Assembly: GCA_964519455.1 (NCBI GenBank)
Contig: CAZFIU010000023.1
Span: 31,446-63,445 of the forward strand
DNA: 32,000 nt
Origin: an uncultured Syntrophobacterales bacterium
Lineage (GTDB): Bacteria; Desulfobacterota; Binatia; UBA9968; JAJDTQ01
Reading direction: 5' to 3'
Numbering within the stretch: position 1 is the first letter of the stretch; each line of letters opens with the position of its first letter. Under the pieces are notes generated by a model, which worked only from the letters and a program-made list of their open reading frames with translations, was not told the origin of the DNA and searched no databases. This document shows, in pieces, positions 26,074 through 32,000 of this stretch. The translations under genes and the position numbers were made by a program.

Positions 26074-26595
26074 TTACTCCCTTGCCTTCCTTTCCCTGAA
26101 CAGCGCCACCGTGTGGCGCCGCGTGAACACCAGTTCGCCCTCCGCGTCGCGCACCTCCTCCACCTGCGTGACGTAGATCCCCACGCCCAGCCTGCCCTCG
26201 CGCGCCGTGATGTCGACGATACGGCTCTGGCAGGTCAGCGGTTCGCCCATGTGCACGGGTTTCAGCCACTCGGTCTCGCTGCCCGCGTTGCGCACGTTGG
26301 TGTAGTCCGCGGGCACGGGAAGCTGCCGGCGCACGTCGAAGGACGACGCCTTCCCCTCCGGCTCCTTGATGCTGAAGGGTGTCCAGCCCACCAGGATGGG
26401 CGGCAGAAGACGGCCCTTGTATCCCGCGGAGCGGGCGAAGTCGTCGTCGAGCCACAGCGGGTTCGTGTCGCCGGTGACGTCGACGTAGCGGCGGACGTCC
26501 GACGCGCTCAACGTCTCGAGCGCGCGCACCGGGCCTTTCAAGCCGATGCACCGGCGCAGTTCGTCGGAGATGATGGTTTCGGGGGATTCGTTCAT
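26074..26595 (-). CDS. MaoC/FAS1-like dehydratase domain protein
   Basis: SASDVRRYVDVTGDTNPLWLDDDFARSAGYKGRLLPPILVGW...NAGSETEWLKPVHMGEPLTCQSRIVDITAREGRLGVGIYVTQVEEVRDAEGELV. Confidence 0.82.
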   Translation of the reverse strand: MNESPETIISDELRRCIGLKGPVRALETLSASDVRRYVDVTGDTNPLWLDDDFARSAGYKGRLLPPILVGWTPFSIKEPEGKASSFDVRRQLPVPADYTNVRNAGSETEWLKPVHMGEPLTCQSRIVDITAREGRLGVGIYVTQVEEVRDAEGELVFTRRHTVALFRERKARE

Positions 26596-26622
26596 GGCAC
26601 CGCGCCACGCTCGGGGCGAACG

Positions 26623-27846
26623 TTATACCAACGCTCCCGTGCCCGCCAGCTCCGTCAACTCGCCTTCCGGGACGTCCAGCCATTCCCGCAGCACCTCCCG
26701 CGTGTGCTGTCCCAGACACGGGGCGGGCGTTGCCGCCGGCAGGGTGCTCTCCGAGAACTCGAAGGGCAGCGCCGTCGTCAGCATGGAGCCCACCCTGGGC
26801 TCGGCCATGCGCTTGTAGGCCCTGGACGGCGAACCGTCCTCCGCCAGGTCCTGGACCCGTCGCATGCGCGCCGCGAAGACGCCGGTCCGCCGCAACCGGG
26901 CCTCCACCTCCGTGCTCTCAAGCCCGCGGGTCCAGGCCTCGATGCGTTCGTCGATCTCGTCGTGATGGCGCATCCGTCCCGGCAGGGTGGCGAAGCGAAC
27001 GTCGTCCGCCAGGCCAGGTTCCGAGACTCCCTCCTCCACCGCCTCGGCCAGCGCGCGCCACTGCGCGTCGTCGTGGACGCTGACGGCGCACCACTCGTCC
27101 TTGCCCGCGCAACGATACACCCCTTGCGGGGCGAAGCGGGCCGAGCGGTTGCCCATCCGCTCCGGATTCCGCCCGTTCACCGCGCCGAACAGCAGCAGCG
27201 GCGCGATCATCGAGACGCTGCACTCGAACTGGCCCATGTCCAGGTGGATGCCCGCACCGGTCGCTTCACGCTCGGTCAGCGCGCCGATGACGGCGTAGCA
27301 GGTGTGGAGCCCGCCGATGTAGTCGTTCCAGGAGTTCGAGATGGCCGTGGGCGGGTCGCCCTCGGCGCCCGTGACCTGCATGAGCCCGGCGGCGCCCTGG
27401 AGGTTCATGTTCATGCTGGTCCAGGCACGCCGCGGACCGCTGTGGCCGTAGCCCGACATGCTGGCGAACACCAGCCGTGGGTTGGCCGCCCTGAGGGACT
27501 CGTACCCCAGGCCCAGCCGGTCCATGACCCCCGCGCTGAAGTTCTCCACCACCACGTCCGCGGCCTCGGCCAGGCGCCGCGCGACATCGTGCCCCGCGGG
27601 GTGCTTCAGGTCGATGCTCACCGAGCGCTTGTTGCGGTTGGTGTTCAGATAGGAAGCGTGGCGCCCGTCCGGGTGCCGGTAGGACGATGGCCACGGGAAG
27701 TCCGGGTGCCTGCTGCTCTCCACCCGCACCACGTCCGCGCCGAGATCCGCCAGCAGCCGCGTGCAGAACGGCGCCGCCAGCACGTGGCCGAAGTCGAGGA
27801 CGCGGATGCCCGAAAGGGGAGGCGCATCAGGTTTCACAGTCGTCAT
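26623..27846 (-). CDS. CaiB/BaiF family (family III) CoA-transferase
   Basis: GIRVLDFGHVLAAPFCTRLLADLGADVVRVES...NTNRNKRSVSIDLKHPAGHDVARRLAEAADVVVENFSAGVMDRLGLGYESLRAANPRLVFASMSGYGHSGP. Confidence 0.95.
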   Translation of the reverse strand: MTTVKPDAPPLSGIRVLDFGHVLAAPFCTRLLADLGADVVRVESSRHPDFPWPSSYRHPDGRHASYLNTNRNKRSVSIDLKHPAGHDVARRLAEAADVVVENFSAGVMDRLGLGYESLRAANPRLVFASMSGYGHSGPRRAWTSMNMNLQGAAGLMQVTGAEGDPPTAISNSWNDYIGGLHTCYAVIGALTEREATGAGIHLDMGQFECSVSMIAPLLLFGAVNGRNPERMGNRSARFAPQGVYRCAGKDEWCAVSVHDDAQWRALAEAVEEGVSEPGLADDVRFATLPGRMRHHDEIDERIEAWTRGLESTEVEARLRRTGVFAARMRRVQDLAEDGSPSRAYKRMAEPRVGSMLTTALPFEFSESTLPAATPAPCLGQHTREVLREWLDVPEGELTELAGTGALV

Positions 27847-27937
27847 TCCCCATTGCGTGGCTCATGCTACGATGCGAGGAAGCACGTTTCAAACCCGCGG
27901 TCGCCTGTGACTCCACTCCCTTGGTCCAGTCCCGTCG

Positions 27938-27968
27938 TTGACAGGCAACCACCCGAAACCTATATAAT
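27938..27968 (+). promoter_or_regulatory. Near-consensus sigma70-type promoter upstream of the Rieske dioxygenase operon
   Basis: TTGACA at 27938-27943; TATATA at 27961-27966 (17-nt spacer) overlapping TATAAT at 27963-27968 (19-nt spacer). Confidence 0.6.
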
Positions 27969-28026
27969 CGCCACCAATCACCCCGTACATCCACCGACCC
28001 GAGCCGAAAGGTTAAAGGTGAACGGA

Positions 28027-29253
28027 ATGAACCGCATGAACGAATTCGTGGACACCCGGCAGGGGCTGCTGGACCGCCAGGTGTTCGTCTCCCAGGACAT
28101 CTACGAGCAGGAGCTGGAGCGGATCTTCGCGCGCTGCTGGCTGTTCCTGGGCCACGAGAGCCAGATCCCCAACCCCAACGACTTCCTTGCCACCTACATG
28201 GGCGAGGACCCGGTGCTGCTCTGGCGGGGACAAGACGGGACGGTTCGGGCTTTTCTCAACATGTGCCGCCACCGGGGCAACCGGGTGTGCCGGGCGGACC
28301 AGGGCAACGCCAGCTCGCTCATGTGCACCTACCACGGCTGGTGCTACGGCAACGACGGCAAGCTCATCGGCGTCCCGGGCATGAAGGAGATCTACAGCAA
28401 CGAGTTGGACATGAGCCAGTGGGGGCTCGTGGAAGTGGCCCAGCTCGACACCTTCAAGGGGCTCGTCTTCGCCACCTTCGATCCCGACGCGCCGCCGCTG
28501 CTGGAGTACCTCGGCGGCCAGGACCAGGAACTCAGCTTCATGTTCGACCGCCGCGCCGGCGGCACCGAGGTGATCGGCGGTGTGCACAAATGGGTCATGA
28601 ACGCCAACTGGAAGTACGCGGCCGACAACTTCTTCGGCGATGACGGCCACCACACGGTGACCCACGCGTCCGTGCGCCGGGTTCCCGTGGATGTTCGATA
28701 CTACCCGCAAACCAACGACGATAAGCGCCCCGATACCGACCGCGGCCTTTCCCGGGTCGCCGAAGGACTCATACGGGACTATCACGAGGAACATTTCGAC
28801 GAGTTGATCGACCGCGTCGGCCCCGACATGGCCGAACGCCCCGGACTGGTCACCACCGTATTCCCCAACCTGTCGCCCAACTTCAGCCGGCACATGATCC
28901 GGTTGTGGCACCCCAAGGGCCCGGACAAGACCGAGATCTGGTCGTACTGCGTGGTGGACAAGGACGCGCCCGAGGATGTCAAGACCGCCATGCGGCTGCA
29001 CCTGACCCAGACCTTCGGCCCGGCCGGGAACCTGGAGCAGGACGACATGAACAACTGGATCCAGTGCACCGACACCGCCCGCGGCGTCATCGCGAAGCGC
29101 TACCCCCAGAACATCCAGGCCCACCTCGGACACGAGGACCGTTGCCCGCCCATCGGCGGCGGCAGGCGTCTGCGGGCCTTCTACTCCCGCTGGGAAATGA
29201 TGATGAAGGCCGAGAGCTGGGACGACGTCGACCTGGAGACCCGGTACTGGTGA
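28027..29253 (+). CDS. Aromatic ring-hydroxylating dioxygenase, large (alpha) subunit
   Basis: Rieske [28 protein letters not shown]; catalytic [20 protein letters not shown] (D-x2-H-x4-H). The 1046-aa ORF in the track is extended upstream through antisense sequence; start placed at ATG 28027. Confidence 0.92.
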   Translation: MNRMNEFVDTRQGLLDRQVFVSQDIYEQELERIFARCWLFLGHESQIPNPNDFLATYMGEDPVLLWRGQDGTVRAFLNMCRHRGNRVCRADQGNASSLMCTYHGWCYGNDGKLIGVPGMKEIYSNELDMSQWGLVEVAQLDTFKGLVFATFDPDAPPLLEYLGGQDQELSFMFDRRAGGTEVIGGVHKWVMNANWKYAADNFFGDDGHHTVTHASVRRVPVDVRYYPQTNDDKRPDTDRGLSRVAEGLIRDYHEEHFDELIDRVGPDMAERPGLVTTVFPNLSPNFSRHMIRLWHPKGPDKTEIWSYCVVDKDAPEDVKTAMRLHLTQTFGPAGNLEQDDMNNWIQCTDTARGVIAKRYPQNIQAHLGHEDRCPPIGGGRRLRAFYSRWEMMMKAESWDDVDLETRYW

Positions 29254-29304
29254 CCGCCTCGCAAGCAACCGGCGGACAGGACACCAAGGCAAGGCGGAGG
29301 CAAC

Positions 29305-29817
29305 GTGACCGATCACGATCTATGGCATGAGATCAACCGCTTCCTCGTCCATGAGGCGCGGCTGCTGGACGACCGCGCCTTCGAGGAGTGGCTGGACCTG
29401 TTCACCGACGACGTCGTCTACTGGATGCCGGAGCGGACCAACCCGTGGGAAAGCACCGATCCCGCGGACAGCGTGTCCAAGCCCGGCGAGCTGGCGCTCT
29501 TCGAGGAGACCAAGGAGACGCTGCGCACCCGGGTGGCCCGCCTCGCCACCGGCATGGCGTGGTCCGAGGTGCCGCCTTCGCGCACGCGCCACTTGGTCAC
29601 CAACGTCCAGGTGGAGCCCGGCGAGAAAGACTCCGAGTTGCGCGTGCGTTCGTATTTCATGGTGTACCGCACCCAGCTCGAGCACAGCCAGGACGTTTTC
29701 GTTGGCGAGCGGGACGACCTGTTGCGGAGGGTCGGCGACCAGTGGAAGATCGCCCGCCGCACCATCCTGCTCGACCAGGTGGTGCTGCAGTCGCCGAACC
29801 TGAGCATCTTCTTCTAG
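29305..29817 (+). CDS. Aromatic ring-hydroxylating dioxygenase, small (beta) subunit
   Basis: 170 aa; INRFLVHEARLLDDRAFEEWLDLFTDDVVYWMPE...RTRHLVTNVQVEPGEKDSELRVRSYFMVYRTQ...VGERDDLLRRVGDQWKIARRTILLDQVVL; GTG start preceded by CGGAGG. Confidence 0.93.
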   Translation: MTDHDLWHEINRFLVHEARLLDDRAFEEWLDLFTDDVVYWMPERTNPWESTDPADSVSKPGELALFEETKETLRTRVARLATGMAWSEVPPSRTRHLVTNVQVEPGEKDSELRVRSYFMVYRTQLEHSQDVFVGERDDLLRRVGDQWKIARRTILLDQVVLQSPNLSIFF

Positions 29818-29829
29818 GGGGGTGACGAG

Positions 29830-31059
29830 ATGAACCACATGAACGATCTCGTGGACACCCGACAAGGTCTCCTCGACCGCCGCATCTTCGTCTCCAGGGA
29901 CGTCTACCAGCAGGAACTGGAACGCATCTTCGCGCGCTGCTGGCTGTTCCTCGGCCACGAGAGCCAGATCCCCAACCCCAACGACTTCCTCGCCACCTAC
30001 ATGGGCGAGGACCCCGTGCTGCTGTGCCGCGGCGCCGACGGCACCATCCGCGCGTTCCTCAACATGTGCCGCCACCGCGGCAACCGCGTGTGCCGCGCCG
30101 ACCAGGGCAACGCCACGTCGTTCATGTGCACCTACCACGGCTGGTGCTACGGCAACGACGGCAGGCTCATCGGCGTGCCCGGCATGAAGGAAATCTACAG
30201 CAACGAGCTGGACATGAAGCAGTGGGGGCTGGTGGAGGTCGCGCAGCTCGACGTCCACAAGGGTCTCATCTTCGCCACCTTCGACCCCAAGGCGCCGCCG
30301 CTGCTGGACTACCTCGGCGGCCAGGAGCAGGAACTGGGCGTCATGTTCGACCGCCGCGCCGGCGGCACCGAGATCATCGGCGGCGTGCACAAGTGGGTGA
30401 TGCACGCCAACTGGAAGTACGCCGCCGACAACTTCTTCGGCGACGACGGCCACCACACCGTCACCCACGTGTCCGTGCGCGAGGTGCCCGTGGACGACCT
30501 GTCCTACCCCCGCACCAACGAGGAGCCCCGCCCCTATTCCGACGACATCGGCTTCACCCGCGTCGCCGGCGGCATCATCCGCGACTACCTCCTCGACCAC
30601 TTCGACGAGGCCGTGCAGCGCATCGGCCCCGACCTCGCCCGGCAGGCCGGCCTCGTCACCACCGTCTTCCCCAACGTCTCCCCCAACTTCATCCGCCACA
30701 TGATCCGCGTCTGGCACCCCCGCGGCCCCGAGAAGACCGAGATCTGGTCCTACTGCGTCGTCGACAAGGAAGCCCCCGCCGAGATCAAGACCGCCATGCG
30801 CCGCCACCTCACCCAGACCTTCGGCCCCAGCGGCAACCTCGAGCAGGACGACATGAACAACTGGGAGCAGTGCACCGGAACCGCCCGCGGCGTCATCGCC
30901 CGCCGCTACCCCCAGAACATCCAGGCCCACCTCGGCCACGAGGAAAAGTCCGGCGCCTTCGGCGGCGGCAAGCGCCTGCGCCAATTCTACGCCCGCTGGG
31001 CGATGATGATGGGAGCGGCGAGTTGGGGGGAGGTGGACCTGAACACCAAGTACTACTGA
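29830..31059 (+). CDS. Aromatic ring-hydroxylating dioxygenase, large (alpha) subunit, close paralogue of 28027-29253
   Basis: Same Rieske ([28 protein letters not shown]) and iron-site ([20 protein letters not shown]) motifs; near-identical stretches over most of its length. Confidence 0.93.
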   Translation: MNHMNDLVDTRQGLLDRRIFVSRDVYQQELERIFARCWLFLGHESQIPNPNDFLATYMGEDPVLLCRGADGTIRAFLNMCRHRGNRVCRADQGNATSFMCTYHGWCYGNDGRLIGVPGMKEIYSNELDMKQWGLVEVAQLDVHKGLIFATFDPKAPPLLDYLGGQEQELGVMFDRRAGGTEIIGGVHKWVMHANWKYAADNFFGDDGHHTVTHVSVREVPVDDLSYPRTNEEPRPYSDDIGFTRVAGGIIRDYLLDHFDEAVQRIGPDLARQAGLVTTVFPNVSPNFIRHMIRVWHPRGPEKTEIWSYCVVDKEAPAEIKTAMRRHLTQTFGPSGNLEQDDMNNWEQCTGTARGVIARRYPQNIQAHLGHEEKSGAFGGGKRLRQFYARWAMMMGAASWGEVDLNTKYY

Positions 31060-31883
31060 GGGAGCCCCTTGGCCACCTCCAGGACCCGCTTGTACACGTC
31101 ACGTTTGGCAAGCGAAAAAGTCCGCGCGAGGAGCTTCGCGACTTCATTGGCCGTTCCCCCCGCTTCCAGCAACCTGCCGATCTCCGCCCGCAACACCTCC
31201 TCGCTCACGGGCGCCCGCTCGCTCCGCCCTGCGATCACGACCACGAACTCGCCCTTCGTACCCGCTTCCTCGAACCACTCCGCAAGCTCCGACAGCGTCC
31301 CGCGCAACAGCTCCTCGTGCACCTTGGTGAGTTCCCGCCCCACCATGGCCGCCCGGTCGCCCAAGACATCGCTCATGTCGCGCAACGCCTCCCGTATCCG
31401 GTGCGGCGCCTCGTAGAGCACCAAGGTACGGTCCTCGTCCGCGAGCTGCCGCAGCACATCCCGCCTCCGCCCCTGGCGGGCCGGCAGAAACCCCTGGAAC
31501 ACGAACCGGTCCGTCGCCAGTCCGCACACGCTTAAAGCCGCCGTGGCCGCCGACACCCCCGGCACCGGCGTCACCGCCACCCCCACTTCCCCCGCCGCCC
31601 GTATCAAGTGATAACCCGGGTCCGAGATGGTAGGCGTCCCCGCGTCCGACACCAGGGCGATGTCCTCGCCCGCCTCCAGCCGCCGCGTCAGCACCCCCGC
31701 CTTGGTCCGCTCGTTCCCCTCGTGGTAGCTCGTGACCGGCGTCCCGATCTCGTAACGGCTCAGCAGCTTGCGCGTATGCCGCGTATCCTCCGCCGCGATC
31801 AAGTCCACCTCCCGCAACACCCGCAAGGCCCGCAGCGTAATGTCCTCGAGATTCCCGATCGGCGTTGCAACCACGTAGAGCAT
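31053..31883 (-). CDS. rsmI: 16S rRNA (cytidine(1402)-2'-O)-methyltransferase
   Basis: [46 protein letters not shown]...YHEGNE...[21 protein letters not shown]...[12 protein letters not shown]. Start refined to MLYVVAT at 31883; 7-bp tail-to-tail overlap with the dioxygenase. Confidence 0.96.
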   Translation of the reverse strand: MLYVVATPIGNLEDITLRALRVLREVDLIAAEDTRHTRKLLSRYEIGTPVTSYHEGNERTKAGVLTRRLEAGEDIALVSDAGTPTISDPGYHLIRAAGEVGVAVTPVPGVSAATAALSVCGLATDRFVFQGFLPARQGRRRDVLRQLADEDRTLVLYEAPHRIREALRDMSDVLGDRAAMVGRELTKVHEELLRGTLSELAEWFEEAGTKGEFVVVIAGRSERAPVSEEVLRAEIGRLLEAGGTANEVAKLLARTFSLAKRDVYKRVLEVAKGLPQ

Positions 31884-31932
31884 TTCTTTCACGCGCCCGT
31901 CGTCATTCTCGTGAAACAGTACACTCCAACGA

Positions 31933-31965
31933 GTCATTCCCGCGTAAGCGGGAATCCAGGGGTGG
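31933..31965. repeat. REP-like palindrome, same family as at 18745-18843
   Basis: GTCATTCCCGC-GTAA-GCGGGAATCCAGGGGTGGGG; stem 31936-31943 / 31948-31955. Confidence 0.85.
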
Positions 31966-32000
31966 GGGCGGGAATTGGGGCCGCCAGAACCCCCCCCCCT

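Noticed and set aside
26113-28017. N-terminal ~635 codons of the 1046-aa plus-strand ORF
   Set aside because: Antisense to a MaoC-like gene and a CoA-transferase with clear motifs; the true Rieske alpha subunit starts near 28027, just after a good promoter.
29320-30984. 554-aa minus-strand ORF opposite the beta and alpha2 dioxygenase subunits
   Set aside because: Antisense frame. Its similarity to the 28012-29316 minus ORF simply mirrors the duplicated alpha genes.
31960-32000. G/C homopolymer-rich end as a biological feature
   Set aside because: Homopolymer run at the very end of the window; may be sequence quality or contig edge, so not interpretable.

Overview
High-GC (Gram-negative type) chromosomal window of about 32 kb, with no rRNA, tRNA, CRISPR array or transposase that I could support. 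Left to right: the C-terminus of a CCG-domain Fe-S protein; a BoxB/PaaA-like diiron oxygenase; an alpha/beta hydrolase; a ParE/Phd-type toxin-antitoxin pair; an acyl-CoA dehydrogenase relic; a polar amino-acid ABC transporter (two permeases plus a binding protein, no ATPase); a Bcr/CflA MFS pump; a decayed alpha/beta hydrolase; a DUF3108-like protein; a secreted hypothetical; mgtE; ppk1. Divergent from ppk1 is a compact putative lipid-modification cluster: an LpxH/PlcP-like metallophosphoesterase, a class-III PLP aminotransferase fused to a C-terminal multi-pass membrane domain, a PEMT/ICMT-like small membrane methyltransferase, and a convergent Agt-like GT4 glycosyltransferase whose C-terminal tail is encoded by REP-like repeats. 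The last 12 kb is a catabolic island: a Rieske monooxygenase, two Bug/TctC-type binding proteins flanking a heme-oxygenase-like protein, two MaoC-like hydratases paired with two CaiB/BaiF CoA-transferases, and a Rieske dioxygenase operon arranged alpha-beta-alpha behind a near-consensus promoter. rsmI closes the window. The best candidate for something undescribed is the PlcP-like / PLP-membrane fusion / methyltransferase / Agt-like cluster (about 14.7-19.9 kb). I propose, as inference only, that it makes or remodels a phosphorus-free or amino-containing lipid.
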